Origin: an uncultured virus (IMG/VR IMGVR_UViG_3300033148_002355) | Taxonomy: Duplodnaviria; Heunggongvirae; Uroviricota; Caudoviricetes | DNA length: 20,000 nt | Strand: one strand, 5' to 3' | IMG/VR virus record: IMGVR_UViG_3300033148_002355 | Part shown: piece by piece, positions 1 through 8,865 of the stretch | Numbering within the stretch: position 1 is the stretch's first letter | How the letters are laid out: each line of letters opens with the position of its first letter | Made by a program: the position numbers and the translations under genes | The notes under the pieces: generated by a model | Told to the model about the DNA's origin: nothing | What the model saw: only the letters and a program-made list of their open reading frames with translations | Database searches by the model: none

Positions 1-642
1 ATTACTCTTACTATCTTTTCTAACCTCTATACGTTGCTCGGTTTTGCCTGCCATACTATCTACGGTATGGTCTGCTCTTTTACCATCTACAATATAGCGC
101 CCTCTTTGCGCCCCTATCTTCTCACTCCCGTCCTCCAAAATATCCTTTAACAAAACACCCTTATCTTCCGGTTGTCCTATTCCTGGTATATTAGTCCAGT
201 ATAACCTAACCCTGTTTTGAGCAGAGACTAACGAGCTGTTTATCATTATAGGCTCTACACCCATGTATTTAGATATAATATCTTGACTCTCCTTTTTCAT
301 CCTTACGTTTTCAAGTAAGAAGTATTTAGGTTGTAATTCCTCTTTAAGTCTAACGAACTCAAAGAATAACTTACTACGTGGATCTTCAAAGTTTAACTGT
401 TTACCTGCAAATGAGAACCCTTGACAAGGACTGCCTCCTATTAGTAAATCTATATCAGGTAAACCAAAGAAGGTTACGTTCCTAACGTCTCCCAATCTTT
501 TAATGTTTGGATAAATAGCTTTAGACACTTGCATAGCGTACTTATCTATTTCACTAGCGTAGTAATTATCTACTTTTATCCCCGCCTTTTCTAAAGCCAT
601 CATGCCGCAACTCTTTCCGTCGAATAGTGAAACTACATTCAT
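1..642 (-). CDS. DNA (cytosine-5)-methyltransferase, 3' end runs off the window
   Basis: Not in the ORF track. Manual translation from ATG at 642: MNVVSLFDGKSCG (motif I), ASEIDKYA (II), GDV (III), GGSPCQGFSFAG (catalytic PC, IV), FLLENV (VI), AQNRVRLYW (VIII). Confidence 0.95.
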   Translation of the reverse strand, partial: MNVVSLFDGKSCGMMALEKAGIKVDNYYASEIDKYAMQVSKAIYPNIKRLGDVRNVTFFGLPDIDLLIGGSPCQGFSFAGKQLNFEDPRSKLFFEFVRLKEELQPKYFLLENVRMKKESQDIISKYMGVEPIMINSSLVSAQNRVRLYWTNIPGIGQPEDKGVLLKDILEDGSEKIGAQRGRYIVDGKRADHTVDSMAGKTEQRIEVRKDSKSN

Positions 643-643
643 A

Positions 644-1414
644 TCAATATTTAATTTCAGTTTTAATAATTTCAATAGTGTCTTTAGGAAAATCATCTGC
701 TTTACTAATTACCCATAAAGCATAATCCCTATCATCATACACAGGTTTACCTCTATTTTTACCAAAGTTGTAACATATATTTTCTTTGTCATCTTTGATT
801 AGTTTACCTGTACTATCGAAATGGTTGTTCTTATCTCTTAGTTCATCAAAGTAAAAATCTATAATACCTTCAACAGTGTCAGGAATATCTTCTTGCTTAA
901 TCATTTCATCAAGGAGTATCTTAGTTGCTTTAGCGTCGTTGTAAGCATCGTGACTGCCTACTAACTCTTTCCCGGTGTATCTTTGATACATAGCTCCTAA
1001 CTTCCTACTATATATCTTATTAACTAATTTCATCACATCTAAGGTCATTGTTTCTGGTTCCTTATGGAAGTGGCAGTTAGCTTCGTACATCTCTCGTCTA
1101 AGCAAAGGTAAATCGAACCTATCAATGTTGTACCCGCAAACTATGTGAGTACTGATAGCTGCTTTGATAGTAGATGCTACCATATTGAACTTAGGTTCAT
1201 CTTTAACCATTTCATCTGTGATACCGTGTATTTCTGTAGCTTCGGGAGGAATAGGCATACCGGGGTTTACTAACCATGTCCTCTTATCTATTTTCCCGTT
1301 AGGCCGTACACGTATAGCAGCGACTTGAACTATCTTATCAGTTGATATGTTAACTCCAGTAGTTTCTAAGTCGAGCCAAACTAACGTGTTGTTTTCTTGG
1401 TTGAATTTGTTCAT
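644..1414 (-). CDS. DEDDh 3'-5' exonuclease (DnaQ/Pol III epsilon-like)
   Basis: ExoI LDLETTG, IHGIT, ExoII GYNIDRFD, ExoIII HDAYND; C-terminal FGKNRGKP motif. Confidence 0.92.
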   Translation of the reverse strand: MNKFNQENNTLVWLDLETTGVNISTDKIVQVAAIRVRPNGKIDKRTWLVNPGMPIPPEATEIHGITDEMVKDEPKFNMVASTIKAAISTHIVCGYNIDRFDLPLLRREMYEANCHFHKEPETMTLDVMKLVNKIYSRKLGAMYQRYTGKELVGSHDAYNDAKATKILLDEMIKQEDIPDTVEGIIDFYFDELRDKNNHFDSTGKLIKDDKENICYNFGKNRGKPVYDDRDYALWVISKADDFPKDTIEIIKTEIKY

Positions 1415-1415
1415 A

Positions 1416-1871
1416 TTACTTAATTAGCATTACTGTTCCTTTTTTATCTATTTTGATGTTGTGACTTTTAAAGTGTTTATTGAATAACGCTTTAGATTGA
1501 GTGTTAAGCTTTTTCTTAGCTGCATCAAAGTCTTTATACTTCTCAGGGTTTTTAAGATACTCATCATTCCCTTCCGCTGGATAAACTACATCTTTGATAA
1601 GTTTATCCCTAAGCACTTTTAATTTAGCATCGTATGCATCTTTTACTGATTTAGGAATAACTCCATACCTGTACGCTAATTTAATATCTGGAGTAATATA
1701 CTCTTTGTGTAACCGTTTGACTTGTGCGTAAGTTTCATTATCAACTGTTCCTTTTTTAAGGAAGTCACTGTATAGTTTTTCAACTATAAGAGGAGCGTCT
1801 TGAGCTTCTAAGTCAACTGATATTTCTCCCTTTTTCTTTTCCGCTTTTAACGGTTTCTTTTTCTTTGCCAT
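1416..1871 (-). CDS. Hypothetical basic protein
   Basis: 151 aa Lys-rich ORF tightly packed in the operon. Confidence 0.7.
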   Translation of the reverse strand: MAKKKKPLKAEKKKGEISVDLEAQDAPLIVEKLYSDFLKKGTVDNETYAQVKRLHKEYITPDIKLAYRYGVIPKSVKDAYDAKLKVLRDKLIKDVVYPAEGNDEYLKNPEKYKDFDAAKKKLNTQSKALFNKHFKSHNIKIDKKGTVMLIK

Positions 1872-1897
1872 TGTTTATTTATTTATTTAGTTATTAG

Positions 1898-2344
1898 TTA
1901 AAATCTTAAATCTTCATTTCCTCCTCCCATAGTCCTATAAATCAAATTATCTATATGTTCACTATGAGTTGACTTCTTATTTGTACCTGTATCAATTAAC
2001 GTTTGATTCCCTTGAGTTACTAAAGGTATCCTATGTCCTCCTTCTCCGTATATCGTTCCATCTATTATATCTTCACATACCAACTTAGTTATCTTTTCAA
2101 ATACATCGTTCAATCCGTTCATTTTAGATGTTACTAAAACATATATTATAATCTCACTTAACAACTCTGAAGCTTTGACTATATTTCTGTCTTGGTTAAA
2201 GTATATATAATTTTCAATAAGGTCCTCCATCTTCTCTCGAAACTCTTGTAATTTAACATCATTTAAGATAACTGGTTTTCTAGGTATTTCATGATTACCT
2301 AATATCTCTGCTATTGTCCTGATTTTTTTATCTAATGACTTCAT
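1898..2344 (-). CDS. Hypothetical protein, possibly a degenerate MazG/PRA-PH-type all-alpha NTP pyrophosphatase
   Basis: ATGA overlap with the helicase gene. Helical pattern (MEDLIENY...NIVKASELLSEIIIY...GLNDVFE) resembles this fold but lacks the acidic motif. Confidence 0.4.
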   Translation of the reverse strand: MKSLDKKIRTIAEILGNHEIPRKPVILNDVKLQEFREKMEDLIENYIYFNQDRNIVKASELLSEIIIYVLVTSKMNGLNDVFEKITKLVCEDIIDGTIYGEGGHRIPLVTQGNQTLIDTGTNKKSTHSEHIDNLIYRTMGGGNEDLRF

Positions 2345-4155
2345 ACTTTTTGAAATCTACTGGTTATACTTTCTTTGATATTGTTCTTCTTCTCGTAATC
2401 TTGTATAAGCGACTTGAATAGTTTCTTCTCCAGGTTCCCATATTCTACTATCCCTGCTTTCTTGTGATCTATAGCTGAGTTAATATCATCTGTTTTACTT
2501 TCAATAAGGTTATATATCCTCTGGTCAATACTATCTGGTATCATTGTATACATTACCTCTACATCTTTAGTTTGCCCCATTCTGTGAGCCCTTTTATATG
2601 GTTGCTCTAATAAATCGGGGGTGAATCCCATATCCATAAACACTACCTTACGAGCATTAACTAAGTTAATACCAATACCTGCAGCTATAACTTGACCTAA
2701 GAACACTTGTACCTCTGTACGTTGCTTAAACTTATCAATACGGTTCCTTCTTTTAAGACTACTAACACTTCCATCAATAAGAACAGCTGTATTACCTAAC
2801 TCATCTTTTAATTGATTAAGTACAGTTTTAAAGAAACTGAACACTATAACCTTTTCTCCTTCCCTGTTAAGCTTTCTGATTAACTTGAGGACATCAGGTA
2901 TTTTAGATTCACTACAAAGCCTGTTAAGAGTCATTATGTTACCTCTACTCTTCATTGAAGCTTTCCTTTTAGTACTCCTCAAGTAAACTAATCTCTCTGT
3001 GTTTCTAGTACCTGTCCCTATTTTGTTTTTAATCCTATGTTCTACTTCTTTAATTTCAGCAGTTACCTCTGCAAGTAGCTTCTGAGCGTCATACATCTCT
3101 TTTATAGCCTCTTGGTACTTCTTTGTACTCTTATCATTCATTTCGAAGTAGTAGCTCTTAATAACGAGCTTAGGTAAGTCTAACTCTTCTTCTGATTTCT
3201 TTCTAAGCATCCAGTTGGATAACTTTAATCTAAAGTCTTCTACATTCTTAATACCTGTAACTTTTTGACCGTTCCCTTTAGCGTACCTTCTTTTGAAGTC
3301 TGTAAAGTTTTTACCCATTGGGTGTTTGCTTAAGTGTAGTAAAGCGAATATATCAGTTATTCTGTTCTTGATAGGTGTGCCTGTTAAGAAGGTAACTCTT
3401 GCTTTAGGATACTTGTTCAAAAGCTTCCTAACTTGCTTGAACTTATCTGTACCCTTATTTTTTATATAATGAGCTTCATCTATGATAATGTGATCGATTG
3501 GGGACTTGGTTATATGCTTGATGTACTTCTCTACACTTTCATAGTTAACTATTACAAATGACTCTTTCATTACACTGAACATGCATTTATTCCTGTCAAG
3601 CAAAGTAAAGAATAAAGGGTTAAATCCCCACTCTTCTGTAAGGTCTGTATACCAGTTCCATTTAGTTAATGAAGGGCAAATGATTACTGTACGTTTTAAG
3701 TTGAATAGTTTAGTAAGTGAAGCAGCGAATAGTGTTTTACCTAATCCTTGTTCAAATGCACATAAGTTGAATTGTCTATTTCTGAAGGACCATAAAGCAG
3801 CAGCTTGATACTTCATTAGTTTCTTTGGATCACCTTCCTTGTCAAATAGTCCTTCGTATAAAGTCGCGGGAGAATACTTAGCTACAAATTCTTTAGCATC
3901 TTTTAAGTATATCCTTTTAATAAGATCAACAAATACTTTCTTCTTATCTACATTGAACTTATTGTCCATTAAGTTACGATCAACGTACTTAACGTATTTA
4001 AGTAATGCTTCTTTACACGTTATACGAATATCTACAACTACCTTTCCTTTGTCTTTGACAGTCATATCAAGACATTCAGCCGTTAACAGCTCCTCGTCTG
4101 AGAAGTGTTTTTGGAACAAGAGCCTCTTGTCGTCTTTACTTAACGTTATCTTCAT
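2341..4155 (-). CDS. SNF2-family (SF2) DEAH helicase/ATPase
   Basis: KYQ Q-motif, EQGLGKT, IIIDEAH, TGTPIKN, VIVFS, IDGS, GIGINL, KRAHRMGQ. Confidence 0.93.
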   Translation of the reverse strand: MKITLSKDDKRLLFQKHFSDEELLTAECLDMTVKDKGKVVVDIRITCKEALLKYVKYVDRNLMDNKFNVDKKKVFVDLIKRIYLKDAKEFVAKYSPATLYEGLFDKEGDPKKLMKYQAAALWSFRNRQFNLCAFEQGLGKTLFAASLTKLFNLKRTVIICPSLTKWNWYTDLTEEWGFNPLFFTLLDRNKCMFSVMKESFVIVNYESVEKYIKHITKSPIDHIIIDEAHYIKNKGTDKFKQVRKLLNKYPKARVTFLTGTPIKNRITDIFALLHLSKHPMGKNFTDFKRRYAKGNGQKVTGIKNVEDFRLKLSNWMLRKKSEEELDLPKLVIKSYYFEMNDKSTKKYQEAIKEMYDAQKLLAEVTAEIKEVEHRIKNKIGTGTRNTERLVYLRSTKRKASMKSRGNIMTLNRLCSESKIPDVLKLIRKLNREGEKVIVFSFFKTVLNQLKDELGNTAVLIDGSVSSLKRRNRIDKFKQRTEVQVFLGQVIAAGIGINLVNARKVVFMDMGFTPDLLEQPYKRAHRMGQTKDVEVMYTMIPDSIDQRIYNLIESKTDDINSAIDHKKAGIVEYGNLEKKLFKSLIQDYEKKNNIKESITSRFQKV

Positions 4156-4178
4156 TTCTGTTTTCTGTTGTCTTAATG

Positions 4179-4231
4179 GTTAACTAATTTTAAAAACAAT
4201 TTCGTTCCTCAACAATTTTTACTATTGCGTT
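4179..4231 (+). other. Leading (attI-like) recombination site A1
   Basis: GTTAAC-TAATT-TTAAAA...TTTTAC-TATTGC-GTT; arms identical to the site at 19020-19065. Confidence 0.6.
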
Positions 4232-4490
4232 ATAAAACATCTGTTTGTTTACTCCTTTCAAAACCGTCACAACCTAAGCATTGTGATTCACACCTAACCC
4301 CTCCAACTTCTTCATTAGAGCAAACAAACGATTTCATAACATCAGGTATATTTAAATTTTTCAACTCTGTCCATGCGTGAGCATAAGCTTGTGATTTTCC
4401 ATCACTTCTGCCTTTTTGGTATTCACTACTATCATCCCTTGGTGTATTAGCACCTTTTTTAAATACTTCTAAAATTTCGTTAATATTCAT
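4230..4490 (-). CDS. Cassette-borne hypothetical protein with C-terminal CxxxCxxC
   Basis: 86 aa. Its stop codon overlaps the GTTA core, and the ORF reads through the left arm of site A2. Confidence 0.7.
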   Translation of the reverse strand: MNINEILEVFKKGANTPRDDSSEYQKGRSDGKSQAYAHAWTELKNLNIPDVMKSFVCSNEEVGGVRCESQCLGCDGFERSKQTDVL

Positions 4491-4535
4491 CTGTGTAAAT
4501 TTATTCGTTAAAAATCAAAACATACCTGCAACATT
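4338..4535 (+). other. attC-like site A2 with a long coding loop and a mutated core (ATT)
   Basis: AAC-ATCAG-GTATATTTAAATTTTT (4346-4361) pairs 13/16 with AAAAATCAAAACATAC (4510-4525), followed by CTGCAAC-ATTACCTAC. Confidence 0.55.
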
Positions 4536-4561
4536 ACCTACAAGTGCTAAGTCGGTAGGTA

Positions 4562-5140
4562 CTAATAATGTTTCTTCTTAAATTCTTCTGCCATTATATC
4601 CTGCATATTACCTTTGTAATATCGTGCTGTTTCAGGGTTACTAATTTCATATATCCCTGAACCCATGTTTGGTATGATTAATCCACAAGTAAGAAAATCA
4701 AAACATAAAGCTATGTTTTCTTCTCGTATTAAAAACTCTTCTTTAGTTAACCTAAGCATTTCATCTACGTTATCGCACATTTGAATATACTCATCATATT
4801 TTTCGGTTATGGCTTCCAATTTCTCAGAGGTAATACATTCTTTAATGTCAGGATATTTTTTGATAGCTTCTATTGTTTTGACCCAATAACTACCTATGCG
4901 CTCTCTATCTCTATTTAGTCTATCCATTTCATAAGCCATAAAATGCTTATCGTCCTCCATTTGTTGTTTAAATCTTAGTGCAGGTGTGTCAGTTTCAAAC
5001 GAAACAAACTCATTATTCACTATCCAATTTTTATCATCAATCTTTGTGATGTTATTTTTATATTCGCTTTTACTACTTAATGTTTTTGAGAAGCTCCATC
5101 CCATTAAGCCAAATAATCCTATCATCAATATTATTTCCAT
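4562..5140 (-). CDS. Cassette-borne hypothetical protein with N-terminal membrane anchor
   Basis: 192 aa with hydrophobic N-terminus MEIILMIGLFGLMGWSF; flanked by ATTACCTAC (4533) and GTAGGTAAC (5175). Confidence 0.75.
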   Translation of the reverse strand: MEIILMIGLFGLMGWSFSKTLSSKSEYKNNITKIDDKNWIVNNEFVSFETDTPALRFKQQMEDDKHFMAYEMDRLNRDRERIGSYWVKTIEAIKKYPDIKECITSEKLEAITEKYDEYIQMCDNVDEMLRLTKEEFLIREENIALCFDFLTCGLIIPNMGSGIYEISNPETARYYKGNMQDIMAEEFKKKHY

Positions 5141-5174
5141 TTTCTTAATTTAATCAGTTTATAAATCCGCACCA

Positions 5175-5240
5175 GTAGGTAACACTATCTATATGCAAAA
5201 CTCCGTTGCACTACGTTCAGCACATAGCCAAACCGTTAAC
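5175..5240 (+). other. attC-like site A3
   Basis: GTAGGTAAC-ACTAT-CTATATGC...GCACATAG-CCAAACC-GTTAAC. Confidence 0.75.
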
Positions 5241-5464
5241 TACTTCTCTATAATCTCAATCAAAGTAAGTGTGTCAGGATCGCATAACATGGCTAATGGC
5301 TGACCTTTAATATGCACTTGCATTTTACCGTTAACCATATCTTTATTGTGATGTGTTATTCCTACTTTACCAGTGTAGGTTTTTACTTTGAATCCGGTAC
5401 TACCAACTCTAAAGTTGTGATCTAAGTACCAAGCGTTTGGATTTGTCTCTTCTGTTATTTTCAT
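5240..5464 (-). CDS. Hypothetical protein
   Basis: 74 aa ORF in operon orientation. Confidence 0.65.
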   Translation of the reverse strand: MKITEETNPNAWYLDHNFRVGSTGFKVKTYTGKVGITHHNKDMVNGKMQVHIKGQPLAMLCDPDTLTLIEIIEK

Positions 5465-5477
5465 AATATTTGTGAAT

Positions 5478-6920
5478 CTAATTATTTATAAACGCTTCTG
5501 CAAACCGAACCTCAGCATCCCCGTTCGCATTCCAATCTACCATCTCTATAAATAACTGATACCCTTTCTTTTCTATGAACTTTAATACTTTACTAAAAGT
5601 TTCTTTATCGAATAAACTACCATCTTTAATGAATATACATTTAAGGTTAGGATTCATAGCAATTGCTAGTTGTACTCCTACTCTGATAATAACACTGCTA
5701 GGATGATGGTCCCCGTTAAAAGGTAATCCTTCAAAGTAAACTCCTTCTTCATCAAATGATAATCCTTTAACTGGTAAGGTACTCGTTTCAAAAGACTTTT
5801 GCTTTTCTAATACGATAGCTTTTAAACGTTTGGTTAACTTGTTAGCTTTAGCTTCTTGTTTAGTCACCTCAGCGTGTTTAGTAACTACATCTTGGATTTT
5901 AGTATACATCGCTGTGTATTGTACTAGTTCAGTTTGTTTATCTCTTAGCTTATCTACGTCAGGTTCTTCATTCTTTTCAATCCAAGCTTTTACTTTAACT
6001 ATCTGTTCTGCTGAAGCTTTACCTCTGACCTGAATAAGGTCATGATCATGCATCCTGTTTTTAAGGTCCAGAAGAAACCTCTCATTGTCTTCTCCTAAGG
6101 CTTTAGCTTTATCTAAAACGATTCTATAATACTTAGTTAACTCCCTTGATTTGTCGCCTTCTAAAATACCTGTTTGATGTTCAGTTAATGCTGTTCTTGC
6201 CTTGTTATACTTGACAACACCGTCAACCATATTCAAAAGCTTATTATTAACCTCTGTGAGCTCTTTACTCTTGTCTTCAGTATACTTCTTTACATCCTCT
6301 TCTTTAATGTCTGTAGCACTGCTTAAATTAGCTTTTAAGGTTTTGATGGTTCTGTTAAGTTCAGTTCTTTCATCACGTTTTTCCTTATTCTCATTATCCA
6401 AATCTTCAAGTAATTGTTTTTCATCATCTGTTAAAAATTGTCTTAATACTTCTACTTGTTCTTTTAAACCTGCTTGACTTACTTTACCACTACTTGTTAA
6501 ACCTAACCTTATAAACTCATCAACATCGAAACTAACGTCTCCTATGATGTCACGTTGCATTGATTTAGTTTTAATCTTGTTACCTTCTTCATCTACTACT
6601 GTAACACTCCCTTTTTGATTGCTTTCAGTAAAGTTCATTATGTATTGGAAAGTCTTTTGTTCTCCATCTAAGTCACCTTTGATAACTAGTTTAACGTGTG
6701 CTGACTCTTCTCCTTTTTTGATTGCTTTAGAAGGGACTGCTTCGCTATTTATCGGGGATTGTATAGCTCTAAGAACAGTAGATTTACTACCCCCGTTCTT
6801 TCCTACTACAACTATACTCTTTCCTTGTATATCAATTACCTTACTAGATAATGATTGAAAGTTCTTTAACTCTGCTGAAATGATTTTCATTCCTGTCTCT
6901 TTTCTGTTTAACTCGCTCAT
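5478..6920 (-). CDS. SMC/Rad50/RecN-like coiled-coil ATPase
   Basis: LKNFQS, variant Walker A GKNGGSKST, central coiled coil, Walker B/D-loop IFIKDGSLFD. The start may be the second Met (MKIISAEL). Confidence 0.85.
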   Translation of the reverse strand: MSELNRKETGMKIISAELKNFQSLSSKVIDIQGKSIVVVGKNGGSKSTVLRAIQSPINSEAVPSKAIKKGEESAHVKLVIKGDLDGEQKTFQYIMNFTESNQKGSVTVVDEEGNKIKTKSMQRDIIGDVSFDVDEFIRLGLTSSGKVSQAGLKEQVEVLRQFLTDDEKQLLEDLDNENKEKRDERTELNRTIKTLKANLSSATDIKEEDVKKYTEDKSKELTEVNNKLLNMVDGVVKYNKARTALTEHQTGILEGDKSRELTKYYRIVLDKAKALGEDNERFLLDLKNRMHDHDLIQVRGKASAEQIVKVKAWIEKNEEPDVDKLRDKQTELVQYTAMYTKIQDVVTKHAEVTKQEAKANKLTKRLKAIVLEKQKSFETSTLPVKGLSFDEEGVYFEGLPFNGDHHPSSVIIRVGVQLAIAMNPNLKCIFIKDGSLFDKETFSKVLKFIEKKGYQLFIEMVDWNANGDAEVRFAEAFINN

Positions 6921-6935
6921 TTGTCTGTTTGCTTT

Positions 6936-7130
6936 TTAGTTTTTGTTTTTTATATATACTACTGCTTTACCTTTTATTGCTAAATCGTATATCATTTTCC
7001 TTTGATAGTCACGTAGGTTTAAAGGATGCCTGAATCCGTCTTCACTGAGTACGCAGGTGTATTTCTGTACAAAGTAAAGAAGATCATTTTGACACTTATC
7101 TAACTCTTCGTTTAGTTCTTGTTCTGTCAT
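6936..7130 (-). CDS. Small protein resembling the N-terminal segment of T4-type large terminase
   Basis: E..KC..D..YF...Y.......G.....LRDYQR.M pattern; ends before any Walker A. Confidence 0.6.
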   Translation of the reverse strand: MTEQELNEELDKCQNDLLYFVQKYTCVLSEDGFRHPLNLRDYQRKMIYDLAIKGKAVVYIKNKN

Positions 7131-7483
7131 GATTTAGTTTTAAATACTTCATCCCAAGTTTTAGGATACTTTTGATTTAATATTTGTTTCTTCAACTCTT
7201 TCTCTGCTTGTGACATCTTGGCTCCAGTAGCTCCTATTGATCTTGGTTTGTAAACTAAGTTTTTGAAACTTTTAACCCAACCCATATAATCTTCCCACTC
7301 TCTTATGTTAAGGTTCCAAACCTTCTCAATATACAATCCGGACATCTTACCATCTAATCCAAACTCACCATAACCGCAACGAGTCATCCCTATCTCTTTC
7401 ATTTCAATAAGGCGCTTTCTGGTTCTGTCGTTATTTAGAGTAGAGCTGTAATAGGTTTTGTCTTCTATATTTATTTCACTCAT
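7127..7483 (-). CDS. Hypothetical protein
   Basis: 118 aa with ATGA overlaps on both sides. Confidence 0.7.
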   Translation of the reverse strand: MSEINIEDKTYYSSTLNNDRTRKRLIEMKEIGMTRCGYGEFGLDGKMSGLYIEKVWNLNIREWEDYMGWVKSFKNLVYKPRSIGATGAKMSQAEKELKKQILNQKYPKTWDEVFKTKS

Positions 7484-7671
7484 TTATCTTTTATTTTTCC
7501 TGTTTTACATTTTGTCATATCAAGAGTTACGAATCTAAGATTACCTTGCTTAGCTTCTTCTTTTAAACACTTAATGTAGTTATCTTGAATCTCTTTCGCT
7601 GTGGGATTGATAGTGTACTCTTTAGTAACTAACTTCTCTCCGTCGTGGTATGCAATAGTCCCTTTGCTCAT
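7480..7671 (-). CDS. Hypothetical protein
   Basis: 63 aa, coupled to its neighbours. Confidence 0.6.
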   Translation of the reverse strand: MSKGTIAYHDGEKLVTKEYTINPTAKEIQDNYIKCLKEEAKQGNLRFVTLDMTKCKTGKIKDK

Positions 7672-7673
7672 AT

Positions 7674-8720
7674 TTACTTCTTTTTACTTTTTTCTACAAA
7701 CTCTTCCCTATCCTTTTTTTGTTTACAAAACTTAGCAACACTACAATAAAACTTACACTTAAACCCTACATCTATTCTAAACTCTATTTTAGGGTTAGTT
7801 AACTTAGCTTTGTTATCTTCTATATACTGTTCGGCACTTGCTTTACTGTAACATATTTTAGCAGCATTCTTCCTAGTTTCAGACATGACAGCAAAAGCAT
7901 CTGGTTTAGCCCATCTTTCTGTATAAGAACATAATGGTAACTTTTTCCTTTGACTTGCTTCGTAGTGTAACTTAACACGTTGCTTAATATACTCTTCACA
8001 TTCTTCCGGGGACCAAACTCTTAACTCTATAATTTTAAACACTGAGTCAGGGTATTTATTAGCTTTCTTATTAGGGTTCATAATGTAGTTCATCTTACCC
8101 CAGTTTCTGAACATAGCAAGTATTTCAATCTTCTCCACTTCACAACCAATAGCTCTTAACATGTGAGCGTATATGTTTTGTTGACGTTCCCAATCTATAT
8201 GTTCGTCTTCACCATACTTATTAACATTACATACTTTATAATCTCTTAACAGTTTTTCGGGAGCATTATAATAATCTTGAGTACCACTAACTCGGTAAGT
8301 GTATTCTTTATCATCAACTTCGCTTACCTGGGTAATATCTAATGTTAAAGTTCTTTCAGAAAATATAGTCTTACCTACTTGTTCATCAGGGAATCCTTTC
8401 TTAGCTGCTAAACCTATTTGTTTTGCCAAATCGGGGAGACCCATCCTTTTCAAAGCAGCGTGAGCAAACTTTAACGTTTCATAATCTCTATGAGTATAAG
8501 TAGCACTTTCCATCAAACTATGAAACGCTGTACCTAACATCATAAACACATGATCGTTAACATCTTCTTCCACTTCGTTAGCATCCTTTAACATACGTAC
8601 TCTAGGAGACCCTATTAAAGTAGTTACTGATATATCACCTTTAGTAACGTGATCGTCGAAACAAGCAGCTTTGTATAGTTCTGCAGGTGCTCCGTATTTG
8701 TTTGTTATTTTAACGCTCAT
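7674..8720 (-). CDS. PD-(D/E)XK (Cas4/RecB-like) nuclease, probable Fe-S cluster
   Basis: GTAFH, SGTQD, LRDYK, QQNIY motifs; PLC...CKFYCSVAKFC cysteines. The start was moved from 8807 to MSVKITNKY at 8720 because the extension covers a terminator-like hairpin. Confidence 0.82.
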   Translation of the reverse strand: MSVKITNKYGAPAELYKAACFDDHVTKGDISVTTLIGSPRVRMLKDANEVEEDVNDHVFMMLGTAFHSLMESATYTHRDYETLKFAHAALKRMGLPDLAKQIGLAAKKGFPDEQVGKTIFSERTLTLDITQVSEVDDKEYTYRVSGTQDYYNAPEKLLRDYKVCNVNKYGEDEHIDWERQQNIYAHMLRAIGCEVEKIEILAMFRNWGKMNYIMNPNKKANKYPDSVFKIIELRVWSPEECEEYIKQRVKLHYEASQRKKLPLCSYTERWAKPDAFAVMSETRKNAAKICYSKASAEQYIEDNKAKLTNPKIEFRIDVGFKCKFYCSVAKFCKQKKDREEFVEKSKKK

Positions 8721-8741
8721 AGTGTTGTATTTAATACTTTT

Positions 8742-8782
8742 AAAATAAAAACCCCTTGTCAACTTTGACATAAAACAAGGGG
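8742..8782 (-). terminator. Rho-independent terminator-like hairpin
   Basis: Minus strand CCCCTTGT...ACAAGGGG followed by TTTTTATTTT. Confidence 0.5.
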
Positions 8783-8865
8783 CTTCCCTCTTTTTAAGAA
8801 CTCTCACTTAGGATGAGAGGTAAGAACGATCTTTAATATCTTATTGTTAATAATCTAAATGTACT

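Noticed and set aside
5175..5240. attC-like hairpins as tRNAs, terminators or IS ends
   Set aside because: There is no cloverleaf, poly-U tail, transposase or target duplication. The cross-gene complementarity of the core flanks is not explained by these.
6921..6938. Read-through fusion of the terminase-like ORF to the ATPase (in frame, TAA then KANRQ)
   Set aside because: RQ spacing does not match the terminase Walker A, no GKT follows, and TAA is the usual stop here. There is no sign of recoding.
8721..8807. N-terminal extension of the nuclease ORF
   Set aside because: It overlaps a terminator-like hairpin; the ATG at 8720 has a typical A-rich leader.
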